Source: Oculina patagonica | Lineage: Eukaryota | NCBI RefSeq assembly: GCF_052425735.1 | Contig: NC_135763.1 | Span: 29,326,001-29,390,000, forward strand | Length of the DNA stretch: 64,000 bases | Direction of reading: 5' to 3' | In this document: positions 1 through 13,000 of the stretch, piece after piece | Position numbering within the stretch: position 1 is the stretch's first letter | Layout of the letters: each line of letters begins with the position of its first letter | Notes under the pieces: model-generated | The model's database searches: none | What the model was told of the DNA's origin: nothing | What the model saw: only the letters and a program-made list of their open reading frames with translations | Position numbers and translations under genes: made by a program

Positions 1-205
1 AGGCGATGCAAGCGTTTTATAGCCACGCGGATACATCAGGTCCTGTTCTGTACTCTGTTGTAAGTATGTCTGATCACGAGTTATATAGTTTTAGGTGTGG
101 GAAATAAACGCTGTCTCAGACTGTCTCTGGCTCATAATTTAAGCTGCACATTGATTTATGTCTATCAGTCAGGAACTAATCAATCAATAGGTGAATCACA
201 CTTAC

Positions 206-3200
206 CGAGTCGAATCTGGTATGACTGTGGAAAGGGCACACCGAAAACACAATGAGCGGCTGTTACCACGTACTGTGGTGTCACCAGTGTACTACCACAC
301 TTAAAACTGAATTGTCCAGTGGTCTCATTTTTGATGAGTAGCTCCGCCTGCCAGGGCCACGAGTGTGGAATGGCTGTCTCACCTCCGACGATCCGGGACA
401 TAGGGGGACGTATACCACAAGGCAAGTCGTCAAGATCAGGAGAATCTGTAAAAAAAATTGTAGCGAGTTGCTCTGGAATTAGCGCATAGTAAGGGTTAAG
501 CTCGAGAGTATGTATACTCGAAAAATAAGCATGCTTTTATATGTATTTTGTATTTATAAAACGGATTGCTTTTGGACGTCGCCCTTCTTTTTTTTAAAGA
601 CGTCCTACTTTTTTGGACGTCGCCTACTTTTTCAAAGGACCTTTGTCACGAATTTAAACATATTTTTTAAACAGCTCAAACTTTTTTGTCGCAGGAGACC
701 TAATAATAATGGTCCATTTTAATTAACAATCGCTATATTACAGCACTAAAACTGTTAACAAGCATTTTGGGCTGCGCGGATGACTAAGACAGAAATGGAT
801 TGCAACTTGTAAAATTAAGGCTTAACTTTTCAAGTTGTCTCCATGCCTTCAAAAAATCTTTATAGTGATCTTTATAGTCGAAGTTTGATTTATGCCGGCA
901 AGATAAGTTATATCTTCCTTTAAATGCTCAAAGATTAATGTTTTCCATTGGTTAAGTTGCCTGACACTAATTTCAGGACAGCTTAGACAAAAAAATCTGC
1001 AAAATCCCCGTGACGTAGCTCCTTTACGTTTATCTCATTTTCAGTGAAAATATCATTAACAATGCTCGAAAATGTTCCTTGATTGTGAATATGTGGTCGT
1101 GATTTCTTCAATAAAACCGAAAAAAGGACTGTCACTCCTCCAATTTGAAGTAATAGTTCTCAATAAACGAAAGAAAAAGAATTTAACCCAATACACCGCG
1201 TGACCTAGTCCTTGGGCAAGACACTTTACTTACATAGTGTCTATCTCCACCCAGGTGTATAAATCGGTACCGGCGACATAATGCTAGGGGGGTGGGTACC
1301 CTGCAATGGACTAGCATCCCATTCACGAAGTAAAGGAAAAGTCTGTGTCCGAGCCAAGTAGCCCATACAGCCGGAGCTTATCCCGGTTTCCGTAGCATTA
1401 AGTGACTAGGAGTATTGCTACTCCCCCCTCTATGGGATGCTAGTCCATCGCAGGGTTACCCCCCAGCAGTAAATTCGCTGGTACCCATTTATACACCTGG
1501 GTGGAGAGAGCCACTGTGAGAGTAAAGTGTCTGGCCCAAGAAAACAACGCAGCGCCCAGGCCAGGCCTCGAACCCGGGCCGTTGAACTCGGAGTCGAGCG
1601 TACTCCCCGCCTCCCACTCCCATTCCGGTAGGGAGTAGAGATATTCCTAGCCACTTAATGCTAACGACATCGGGATAAGCTCCGGCAGTATGGGCCATAT
1701 GGCTCGAGGCTTCCCCTTTTTTTAAGCCATTTCAACTACAAAGCATGGTACCTCTTTCTCCTTCCGGGATCTCACACTCTGTGTTCTCTGGATAGTCACA
1801 CATATTTTTCTCTTCGTTAAACATCAGTCCATCTGGGCAAGGCATCTTGTTAGTGTTTCCTCCAGAGCAGGCGATGAATCCAAAACAAGTATGTGGATCT
1901 TTGTAATTTCCATCTTGCTTTCCTTTACAAAATCCTTCATCCAAGCAAGTTCCTACAAACAAAAATTTAGGGATTGTTTAGTAGATTCTAGATAAGTAGA
2001 TGTTACAAACGTTTGCTTGCAGGAGAAAACAGGGGCAAACTAACTAATTATAGCGCAGTCAGAAATAAATGGAGAAATTTTTCCAAATCATAGCTAAATC
2101 ATAAAAAATTTCCAAATCATAGCTAAAACATAGCTAAATAACTTCCAAATCATATATGTAGCTTTGTAGATCTTTCACGACCGAGTTATCAAGTGAGTAC
2201 TGACTTATTTTGTATTTATCATGCAAAACTGCGACTCCTACGCATATGTGCTAATGGAGGCCATAAAATTGTGCATAAAAATCTCCATTTATATCACGTC
2301 TAAATTACTGTTACGTCTGAAATCGAAAATGCAATAAAAATAGCCATCCTTTAGACAGTGAATGTCGCAGCGATCACATCAGGACATCACATATTTAAAA
2401 ATAATACAAAGAAGATAAATAAATAAAAATAAATAATTTACCTTTTATTTAGACAGGATGAGGATAAAAGCTAGAAGCTTGTGGGGCCGTGTATTCCTGA
2501 TCGAATTTGAATTCGGAGGTGTTGGTTTTTTGTGGAGGGAGGAAAGCCGGAGAACCCGGAGAAAAACCCTCGGAGCAAGGACAAGAACCAACAACAAACT
2601 CAACCCACATACATGTATAACACCGAGTCCGGGAATATTGGCACATTGGTGGGAGGCGAGCGCTCTCACCACTGCGCTATCCCTGACCCCCTCATGTGTA
2701 CATGTACTAAGTTTGTATTTTTTGATGAACAAGTTAATTAAGTTTTTAAATAAACTGTCGTGCTGCGTTGGCTAAGGCGGGCAAGTGAAACACTTAGGTA
2801 ATTATTAACTGGAAGCCGATCAGGGTAAATAACATGCCGTAGCGACTTTTGAACACTTAACTTTTTTAGTGTAAGCCCTTCGTCAAAGCACATTGTTATT
2901 GATCCACTCAGTGCTCCGACAAAGGGCCAACGCCACAAGGCGAAACGTCAGCTTTACAAAATTTGCTACAGGGCGTTATTTACCTCAATCATCTTCCAGT
3001 TGATACTCAACTGCATTTGTTTGACAAATGTTTTTTTTTTTTTCAAGTTTATTTTGTATCAGATAGAGCTACGTACCGAGCTGTACATGGAATGCAGTTC
3101 AAAATAGGACCAAGTATGTACGTAGAACCCGGGGGGGGGGGGGTTCTTTTTTTTTTTGGGGGGGGGGCCCGGGGGGGGTTTGGATATAAAAAAGGGGTGA

Positions 3201-4418
3201 TATTTTATATGGGAAGGGAAATTTTTTTTAAATTTTTTAAAAAGGGGGGGGCCCCCCCAAAAAAAAAAAACCCCCCCCCCCCCCCCCACGTAGAAAAGCA
3301 GATTTACGCTGCTTTGATTAACACAATCCCTTTTGTTTCTTGGTTAAACGGTTCATTATTACAATCACTATTGTTGTTACTGGGGTTGTCAGTGAGGGTG
3401 TAGCTGTTTGTTTGCTTATTTGTTTTTGTTATACCGAGCAGAAGCAGAAGCAACAACGTTTACATGATGGACTACGAAGTAAGGTAATAAAATTATGGAT
3501 CGATAAATGTCTGCTTAATGTATTACACAGAACGAAATTACTTCTAGTTTCGATTTTATCTCATTTTGTTCTGTCTTAAAAAGTTCTGATTTTGTTATAA
3601 ATGCATTTGCAGCACTAATAAAAATAGAAATTTTCTCATCGGAAACAAGATGACGCGTTGGAAGTCAAGGTGTCATCTCAGTTCCGTTTGCTTTTGAGGT
3701 GCAATTGTAGGATTTCAGCAGGAATATTCTTTTAGCGAAGTACTTGAAATGGGGCAAGGTGTAATAAATTATGATAATTACTATATCATACGGGTCGGCT
3801 GAAAGAAAAAAAAAAGGGTTCAAACAGTTCTTCAGTAGGTCGTGTTTCAAACAAAATTTAACGTTGAAATGATAAACTGAGCAAAAGTTGTGTTTTTATC
3901 ACTTGTTTTGAACTGCTCTTTTTGCGTCGGGAGAAAAAGAGAAAACTCTGCTTTTTTATAGCGTATCTTTTCTAGCCTTCAAGTTTGTTTTTTATCAGCG
4001 TCGAATATGCGCGACTGTTTGTTGTATTTTTATCCGCCATTCTTCTTAAATTGTACCCTTTTGATGATGCACGGTATTAACTTTTTCCTATATATTTTTT
4101 TTTTGGAAGAGCCGACAGTTCCTTTTAATTGAAATACGATTTGAGCAATCTCAAAGTAGATTATCTCATTGTTTTGCTAGAAAATAATCAAAATAATCCG
4201 CGTTCATGTCTGCTACAGTTAATTCGATCATCAGTAAATTAACTTTATCCTTGTAAAGCTAGGGCTCTTAAGCTACGAAGATATAGAGAAACAAAAACAC
4301 GCCCGATCAGGTGAACAAGCCATAAATTCAGAGTAGGAGAGCAATGCGACTTACCTTCAAAGTGGTTAAAAGAGATCAAAGCAGCACAAATCAGTTGAAA
4401 AACTGTTGACGGAGTCAT
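206..4418 (-). CDS. Secreted chitin-binding type-2 (peritrophin-A/CBM14) domain + S1A serine protease; 3' part runs off the window start
   Basis: Exons (minus): 4418-4355 ([22 protein letters not shown], signal-peptide-like, donor GTAAGT); 1952-1752 ([59 protein letters not shown], ChtBD2 cysteine pattern); 445-206 ([18 protein letters not shown]|[15 protein letters not shown]...TAAHC, activation site and His57 motif). All introns are GT-AG, phase 1 and frame-consistent. Confidence 0.88.
1210..1715. mobile_element. Nested tRNA-derived SINEs: minus-strand copy (about 1325-1617) inserted in a plus-strand copy of the same family
   Basis: 1333-1600 is near-identical to the full SINE at 44941-45235. 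The flanks 1210-1324 and 1618-1715 are the reverse-orientation version of the same body. TCCCATTC is duplicated at 1317-1324 and 1618-1625 (TSD). Confidence 0.8.
2450..2692 (-). mobile_element. tRNA-derived SINE, second family
   Basis: Minus strand begins GGGGTCAGGGATAGCGCAGTGGTGAGAGCGCTCGCCTCCCACCAATG (A-box-like head), followed by the GTTTTTCTCCGGGTTCTCCGGCTTTCCTCCC central domain typical of metazoan SINE superfamilies. Confidence 0.7.
2795..3012. repeat. Head-to-head inverted pair of a degenerate hammerhead-motif repeat (Penelope-derived type)
   Basis: Plus copy GCTCCGACAAAGGGCCAACGCC...CGAAACGTCAGC...GCTAC...GTTATTTACC...CTTCCAGTT (2913-3012) is mirrored by a minus copy at 2795-2890. The catalytic cores are mutated (CCGACAA and TTGACGA instead of CTGANGA). 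Confidence 0.5.
3128..3287. mobile_element. MITE with poly-G/poly-C termini and 8-bp TSD (interior looks homopolymer-corrupted)
   Basis: ACGTAGAA occurs directly at 3120-3127 and 3288-3295, and the G-run and C-run ends are inverted. Confidence 0.65.
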
Positions 4419-5803
4419 GGTTTTTTTATGCTCTTTCTTTTTAGCCCGTTCCCTTGCTATTTTACCGCGTCTAACAACGGCGTTGCTTTTAAGCGGGTTT
4501 TTGTTATTACACGAATTGTTTGTCTTTTACAATTATGATTGACAGATAAAGTAATTAGAAATATTTGGAGTTTGGCCGATCATCTCGTTAAGAAGTCAAC
4601 ATTTCTTGAAACCAAAACAGTATCGTTACATTTTGAAATATTCCCTTTATCTCACTGTTTAATGGTCGCTTTATTCTATCATGAAATGTGGAAATATTTA
4701 TTCTTTTGAAAGCTCTGTATTTTGGTTTTAGTTCAACCAATTTTTTTTGAATGAAACTAGTAAGAGTCGTCATATGTCAATATATGCCTAGGGTTCATTG
4801 TAGCTTGTGAAATATGTTGACTTTCTTTGATTAAATAACGCGGTCATTTTTTGACAAGTATGTACTAAAATCAATTAACGATGCTCGTTTAGCATTATCT
4901 CAAAGAAAAAAGTCATGAATGTTTGATTTTGTAATGAATACCTGAAACCGGCATGTTTATACCAACGCCGGTCAAATTTCCAATTTTGGACGTAACAGGG
5001 ACTGTTTTCCAAGTTCGAAAACGGCAAATTTTATTTCATTGTCAATTGCTTTTAACGTTATTGCTAGTTTTGTTAACTGAAAAGTCATAAACTACATTTT
5101 TATGAAGCACGGAAGTGATTCGATTTATTTCCACTTGTGAATCACTTGAAAGAGCCACCTTATGACACAAAAGAGAGTTGATTATTTGCCGTATAGCCAA
5201 ACTTTCCCACCAGCGCTAGCGTAGAACGTCCACCATTTAGATTAGACTAAATCTAAAACTTTTTACTACCACAGCAATAAGGTTTTTTTTTTTATTAATC
5301 TTTGATCAACGACTCAATTTCAGGTAGTAGCTGTATGATCCCTAAAATAATCCGCGATGTTTTCATATTATGTCACAATCGTAGATAGCATTGATATCAT
5401 TTATTAAAAGAGAATTCGATGATTCAGTTTTGAGTTTTATAGTTGAAGTCTAAAAACAAAAGCGAGACTGATGTACTTAGAAGTTGTAAAGCTCGAAAAA
5501 AACGAAACGCATTGCGGTACTTTCAGTTGTCATTAATAAAACATTGACGTTGCGAGTGGGAAAGATGAGTCAATCGTGAGTTCACTATGTCATCAAACAT
5601 TGAAAAAGAACGATGTTTGTTTACTGATATTATGGAAATTTAGTAGTTCGCTTTGGCCTGTGCTATTACGTTAGTCCATTTTATTCAGGTAGCGGCGGTA
5701 TCATCAGGCTTCTTCTAGTAGTACCTACGTTGATTCGAACGCGATTTTCAGTAAACGAAATATATCCTATGCTTTAGTGCATCGATGCTTTGGCAAAAAT
5801 AAA

Positions 5804-6038
5804 TAGAGAGATTAAGCTTGACGTTATATGGCAAACGGCAAACGCAAGCTGGCTTTTCATTTTGCTACCTTTTTATCAAATTATTAAATCAATCCATTAT
5901 AAATAAGGGAAACATTACACATTCACTCCATAACAGACAAAAAACTACTCATTTCCACGTACGAATGCCAAACGGTAGACGGCAGAAGTTGCGTTTTTGC
6001 CGTTCGCGGGAAAATAAACGTCACGCTTAACCTCTCTA
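5804..6038. mobile_element. MITE, TA-flanked (Tc1/mariner-type)
   Basis: TIRs TAGAGAGATTAAGCTTGACGTT ... AACGTCACGCTTAACCTCTCTA. Confidence 0.7.
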
Positions 6039-6364
6039 AAAAGCAAAGAAGCCGCTCGTAAAAGTGTGAAGGCAATTTACTTAGTTGTGAAATAGAAGTT
6101 AGTTGCACATAGCAACGGTATATAATAAAATTTCCTAAACATAAGAACAGCATCAACCACCAGAAGAGTCACGGCATAACTAGAACGGGAAGTTTTGGCT
6201 AAAACAGCACTTGCGTAATTCATATATATTCCTCAAAAGATCATTCGACTTTAGAATAAAATTAATATTCTCTATTGTCAAATTGTAAAAGCGAGGCTTC
6301 GCTATTTAATATTAACTAACGACTTCCTCTATATTTTGCTGCTGTTTTTTTTTTATTCGTTATA

Positions 6365-6680
6365 AGGGACGAGCCGGGCTGGCCCGGTTACCCGTGACTG
6401 GTACGGTTAGCTGGGATGACTTCCAGCCCGTTAATATAATGAGCCGAGCCAGCTCGGGATGGATTAGGTTTGGCACGAACGGAGGGTTAAATTTAGCACG
6501 AATGATTTTGGCGCGACGAATGAGTCAGATGATGTTGATGCCAGAAAAATTTCAGTAATGCTGGCCCGGTAAGCCGGCCGGGCTGGCACGGTGAACATCA
6601 CGGTTACAAGGGAATTTTCATTCCGGCTTCGTGATACCGGGATCTTAGCAAACCGGGCTGGCCGGGTTGTCTTGTAATTG
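6365..6680. repeat. GC-rich interspersed repeat with reiterated CCGGGCTGGCC motifs (probable MITE remnant)
   Basis: GC island in AT-rich DNA, with the motif repeated near 6374, 6578 and 6653. No clean TIR or TSD seen. Confidence 0.4.
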
Positions 6681-9289
6681 ACAAGATCTCGACAAAAACC
6701 GAACCAACGGGGCTCTTGTAATGCCCGAAACAAGGAGCCATCAAATTTTATGCTATGAAAAGGGATATTTAAGTTCTCACAGAATGCCAGTTGCTTCAGT
6801 TTAAGAATAAAAAAGTACATATATCTAGTAGGCAAAGTTTAGAGTATTTTTTTAATCTTCTTCGTGCTTTCCTTGAAATTACATTTCGTGTAGTTTAGCA
6901 CAAATTACTTAGAGTTGGAAGAATCAAACGGGTAATTACCGCTAGAAACACACTGTTCAATTTACACGCGAAATGTACCATATTTCAAAAAAAAAAAAAA
7001 CTTCCAGTCTAGGAATATGCCGCGCGCTTATTCTTTGTTTTCGTTAATTTTGTTCGATTCAAGTGGAGCAGGCCTGACAGTGTTTACCGAATAATACGTG
7101 GATCGATGTGCTCAATTTTCACACAGAGCATATTTCACACTTTATTTGACTATTCCTTATAAATGAAAAACAAACAGGCGGTTGTGATTGTGAAAAACAT
7201 GTTTACACCTAGTTGTCATCAAAACATTGCTCGTGTAATTACTTTTAAGGGACGAGAAAAAATTCCATCGAAAATGAAAAGCGACTTTACTCCACCCTCT
7301 AAAAGAGACCGTATTAAGCTGAGCCCAAAAACAATGCGATAAAAACTTATCAAACCTATACAAGAATCAATTAGGTTTTTTTCAATTAAATTTTACTAAA
7401 ACGTCGACCAACTCAAAATTCAACTTAGATAACCGCCGACAGTTTTTGTGACCATTTCTTTTCGTACTAACGACTCGATTAGGCACTAAATTTTGGGAAA
7501 CGAGCTGAAATTACCCTGGCCTTCGAGGGAGATAACATTTTGGACCATGTTATGACAAGTAAAAATGTAATATAACTCACAAAAAAAATTGGATTTTACT
7601 TAAGATCTGTTGCAGTGGGAGTTTTATCGGTACAAGTGCACAATAACTGTTTTTTTTAACTCTCGCTCCTTAATGACAGATATTAAAACCCCAGAGATAC
7701 AAACTTTTTTAAAACGAACTTTTTAAATTGAGAAATGTCACAAAATTTAAAAACTGGGCAGTCCATTTCTGAAAAAAAAAAGACCAGCTATTTTCCCCAT
7801 TGTATATATTGAACATTAGATGTAAACGTGTTTAAATTGAGACTCGTCAATAGAAACTCTAGGTAGTTGATATTGGGACTGAAAAAGGCAAGACAACAAT
7901 TTTAATGATGCATTTTTCACATTCTGCAATAAAGTGAATTTGTTAAATGTTATTCAGTACCGAAAAATGTAGCATGAACCATCCGAAGCTTTGATCCCGT
8001 TGTCACCTGCCAGCCAGATAAAGTACTGCTATCACAATAACAAATAAACGAGATAATTCTTCGGTTCTTGCACTTGGACACAAGCATTTTAAAAGTACAG
8101 TTTTATCATCAGATTAAAGGAAAACTTAAAGTAATAGTTTTGTTAGAAAAGAAGAAAAGTATACATCATTAACTAAATCTTAGTACACTGGGAGTACACT
8201 GACTTGTACAAATAACACAAATCTGGTTTTCAGTTTCGTCGCAAAAATAGTTAAAATTTTCTTATTTTTAGTCCACTGCTTTGGAATTTCCTTTTTGGAA
8301 TCCCCTGTAACCAAGTTGAAGTAGGTTTACAACGTGTAACGTCTTAATACCCCTCTGAGAAGTATTTACTTTGTTTGAAACCTCCTCCGTCAAAGAAGTA
8401 CCTGACCATTACTACGCTACGCGCCTTTAGGAAAATATTTCTTTTACAGCGCTTACGTGTTTAACGTGAAAAAGCTTTGTTAAAAAAACGGGATAATTTT
8501 TTGGTCTAGTTCACGTTTGAGCACGAGCATTTGAGTTAAGTTTTATCAGGAGAGAAGAAGAAAACGTCAAGTGACAGTCTTGGTAGAAAAAAGAAGAAAC
8601 ATTACCACGCTAAGCGCCCTAAGGTAAATGTTTTTTTTTATTATTTTTTTTTTTTTTCTACAGCGCATACGCGTTTAATGACTCTGCACGTAAGTTGATA
8701 GTTTTCGAAACGTTTCCTAGCCGACCTTCTGAATAACAATCCACGCAATATGGTTAAATTCTGGGTTTCACGAATTGGAAAATTTAAACAATCAGTTATT
8801 TCATGATAATTGTTATATCCTAATTTTGTCAATTTTCTTTAGCAACACGTGTTTAATTAGCTTCTTCTGCATTTATTTGTCTTCCATTTTAAGTGTATAC
8901 AAGAATATAAATTATGTTTGTGTTCAATAAACAAAGAAAAGTATGTTGTCTTTTAGGGTAATTACTATTTTAGCCCACTAAAGTTGAACTGTTTTAAGGG
9001 TTGAAACGCTATTTGTCGTGCGAAGTTAACAAAAATAGAGAATTGATTATAGAAAGTACATGTATTCATGGAAGTCTTTTACTAAGCTTATATCGTTGTT
9101 TTATGAATTTAGATGTATTACGTGAAAGTAACTGGAGTGACCAACCATTTGATTTCCTTAGTACAAGCGCCTATCTTGTTAAGAAAAAAATTGACTTCAC
9201 TTTTCTAATGGTTATATACTATCAATCAAACTTGTGAGATAATGGAAACATTAAAACCGTCTCTTTATTCTATTTAAACAGGAAACTTA

Positions 9290-10095
9290 GAAAGTCTGTA
9301 GTGATTTTAATTTTTCGAAAGATTGTGTGTAACGTTAGCAAACAGGATTAAAAAGTAATCTTTTAAAATCTGATGGGTTTGCCAAAACGAAAATCAGTTT
9401 TGTTAGATCCTGACATCTGTAAGACACGTTAATTAATCTAACCGACTGGGAAAGGAAGGTAGACCATTACCTTTAGTGCTTCGATAATTGCTCTTTAAAC
9501 ACCGTACATGTAATAAACATGAATGTGCATAAAAAAATGTGCTACATGTCGGAAAAGTATTTTACAGTTAAAACATTTGTTGCTCCAAATACGAAGCTTT
9601 AATTCCCCAGTGGTGCTAATTTTACCAGCAAGATAGTTTTTTCCTTTTCAACTTTGGTGTAAACGTCTTTAAGGAACATGGAAAAGAGCATAGATAAACA
9701 GCAGTTAAAATGTTTAGGAATACTTTGTACGCGTCCGAACTTAAGCAAACATTAATTAAAATAAATTGTTAAAAAGTAACCTTTTAAAATCTGATGGATT
9801 TGCCCGAAAAATCGTTTTTGTTCGACACTGACATCTGAAAGACACACGTTAATAAATCTAACCGGCAGAAAAAAGAAGATGGACCATTACTTTTAGCGCC
9901 TCTACAATTGCTCTTTAAACACCTTACAGGTGATAAAAGTGAATGTGAATAAATGTGCTACATCGGGAAAGTCTTTTACAGTTGAAACTACTGTTGCTCG
10001 AAAGATGAAGCTTTCCCCAGTCGTGGTAATTCTATCAGCTTTTCTTGCACTCTCAAAAGGTAAAATGTTTCTTATCAAATAAGGTGTTTAACGCT
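9290..10095 (+). repeat. Two tandem ~420-bp promoter + exon-1 units; the upstream unit carries a dead signal-peptide exon
   Basis: Anchor TTGCTCTTTAAACACC at 9488 and 9908. Unit 1 has ACG (9591) in place of ATG and AT in place of the GT donor; unit 2 holds the live exon 10005-10059. Confidence 0.85.
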
Positions 10096-13000
10096 ATTCA
10101 ACATTTTGCAGTAAGACTTCGTGTGGAGAGCCGAGCACCATTCACAAAATTCTAGTTCTCAATTAACTTGAATTTTTATTTAAAATAGAATGAATCGAGG
10201 TTCGTTTGTTATGTTTGAGACTTCAAAAAAAATCTCAGTCACTAAACAGCAGCTTCTACCAAAGACAACTCTTGTTTTATTGGCTTTGAGGGTCATTTGT
10301 TAAGGAGTGCAACTGTCTTCTGAAAGGCTTTAGTATTGAAAAGAAAGAAAAGAAAAAGAAGGCTAAAATTATACAGCTTTTGTTGATCCTATCTTGGTTC
10401 TCAGTTTGTCTTATTATTTATAATAACCAGGCCTCCAAACTGAAAATGTTTATTGAAAAGTAAGAATCGGATCTCGAAGTTTCTTTTAATTCACTTCAGT
10501 AGTGGAAAATGGAAAATCCGAAGCACATAAGCTAAAATGAAACTTATACAATCAGCAATTAAGTAAAGTAAGTCAGAAAATCGTTCTTTTGCCAAATTTA
10601 TCATAAAAAAGAAACAAAATCACTAAGGAAATCTGAATTTATCCTTTAAGGTTGTGGCAGACGTCACTTCACCTCTCGCGTCGTTGGCGGAGAGAATGCA
10701 CCTAAACATTCCTGGCCATGGCAGATCTCACTGCGAATGCGTATCGAGGGCCAGCTGAGGCACATCTGTGGCGGTTCCCTGATCGGTGACCAGTGGGTGG
10801 TGACAGCGGCGCATTGTGTCGTGAATGAACAGGACCAACCAAGCAGTCCTGATATGTTTACTGTTGTAGTTGGTAAGAAAATGATTCCCAGCCTTGATAA
10901 CCTACAGTTTAACGACGATGACGACGACAACGACGACGATAACAACAAAAACATTACGACAACTAGTTAACTTTATTTTCATGAACATAAATTCAAGCAG
11001 CATTGTATACAAAATTATTAACTTTGTAATTGCAACACACTAAAATATCACTTACAAAACGAATACTTAACTGCTTAACTTAAAAACCCACATTACAGTT
11101 GCATACACAAGTTAAACTTGTTACATTATTACTTACAATACCAAAACATGATTACTTATGCCCCCAATACTAGTAAAGAATACAATTTAGCAAGTTAATT
11201 TAAACGTAAAAATGTGCAAATTAATAAAAAAAAACTTTTAGAGAAGTTCGGCCGATTCATCTACCTAATGCTTTTTATTGTTCACTGGTAGATACTTGTA
11301 TTTACTTGGTATTTGCGGTGTAATCATTTCGATGGAAAACGCCTCCTAACTTAAGAGTGTGAATCAGTCAGAAGAAAATTAATCTTAATACAAACTGGGT
11401 TTTTGTGCGATTTCTGATTTAGTAAAACGCTATATTTTATCCGAGTAAGATAACACATAAAATAATTACAATTAAATATAAAATAATGGAAGCTTTAAAA
11501 AAGTTCCATTAGTTAAATAACACTATTTGAAAAAATTAAAATAATCGCCGCTCTTTTAACTCCAAAACTTGAATGCATGATAGAGAAACTGCACTATATC
11601 AGTAAAGCATACTAATATATTATTTTTTACCTGTGTAGGTGCACACGAGCGACTTGGCACAACCGATGTACAGCAAGCGATAAAAGTGGAAAAGCTCTTT
11701 GCTCATAAGAGCTTTAGCATGCAACACCTGAGAAATGATATCGCCCTTTTGAAACTAAGCACACCGGCAAAGCTTAGCGACAAAGTAAATACTGTTTGCC
11801 TTCCAACCCATGGATCGAGAATTCCTGACGGGCACAAATGCTATATAACAGGTACGGTGCTCAGGCATATTTATAGCTTGTGGTTAGCGTTCCATATCAA
11901 TATATCAATAATCACAAATTGTTATCTTTTTATTTAGAAACTTAGGTATCCCTAGTGGGTTCTCGCCTTTTTTATATATAGAAAAAACATCTGATATGCT
12001 TCTGGACGCAATTTTAATCAATGCTTTAGAAGGTTAGAGTACCTGCTGTGATACCAAATTTAGTGTAAATTAGCAGTGTCTCACCTGTTTGGTCCGAGAT
12101 TGTGGTTTGCACTTTGCATAAGCACAAGCAAAAGCATGAACACGAATAGCAAACGCACCGCATTAACTTTATGCCGTCAATACAAGGCCTGAGCGAAAAT
12201 CATAAACGCGAGAAACTATTGTTCGTTCTTATTGCTCATTCTTATTTATTATTGTGCTCATTCTTCTGAGGTCAGGTTCCTTTGTCTTACACATTTATTT
12301 TCTTGCCAAATTTTGTCTAGGATGGGGGTTAACAGAAGGTGGCGGTAACGTGGCAGACATCTTGCAACAAGCGATGCTTCCCGTACAGAACCCCGACACA
12401 TGTTCTAACGTGAACAGCCCTCTGGGACCAGTTGACGAGGCCACTATGATCTGTGGAGGAAGTGGCCAAGCCAACCAGGCCGGTGGTTGCCAAGGAGACA
12501 GTGGTGGGCCGTACGTATGCGAGGAGAGCGGAAAGTGGGTTCTGCGAGGGGCTGTGAGCTGGGGACATGGCATGTGCATCACTGAACACTTCACGGTCTT
12601 TTCACGAGTCAGTTCCTTCAGGAACTGGATCGACAACAAGATGGCAGGTGAAAGTGAGTATCAAGCAAGCATCTGAATAGTGTGACCACTTTCAAGTTCG
12701 GTCATTATACAATTGAAAGCCGGCTTCAGCTTCTAGTTGACATTTGATTGGATAAAAAATGTAAAATGTGAAATAATTAACAGTGATCACTGTACTCTTG
12801 TGGACTCCTTGTTCTAATATATTAAGATTGCTGTCCGACATTTAATGTTGTCTGATCAACATCGTAAAATTGTGGACAATTCAAATAGTATAATGTATTT
12901 TGAGCCGGAAAATGTACACGTAGAATCTGTGTAGCTTTAATTCCCTAAAAGTAAATTTAATTTTAATAACCTCCACAATGTTTTCGTCTTAAAGTTGTCA

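Noticed and set aside
1-110. Possible next protease exon of the CBM14-protease gene (minus strand reads ...TEQDL...)
   Set aside because: No clean acceptor or frame could be fixed; may be degraded or error-rich sequence at the window edge.
2445-3403. ORF-track calls over SINE, MITE and poly-G/C sequence
   Set aside because: Explained by repeats in intron 1 of the minus-strand gene.
9440-9470. PTF1-type bipartite site (TGGGAAA + E-box) in the promoter units
   Set aside because: TGGGAAA is present in only some units and no correctly spaced intact E-box follows it.
12295-12639. Antisense ORFs over protease exons (also 10664, 27061, 27185, 30872, 30996, 42799, 44665)
   Set aside because: Shadow frames of real plus-strand exons.
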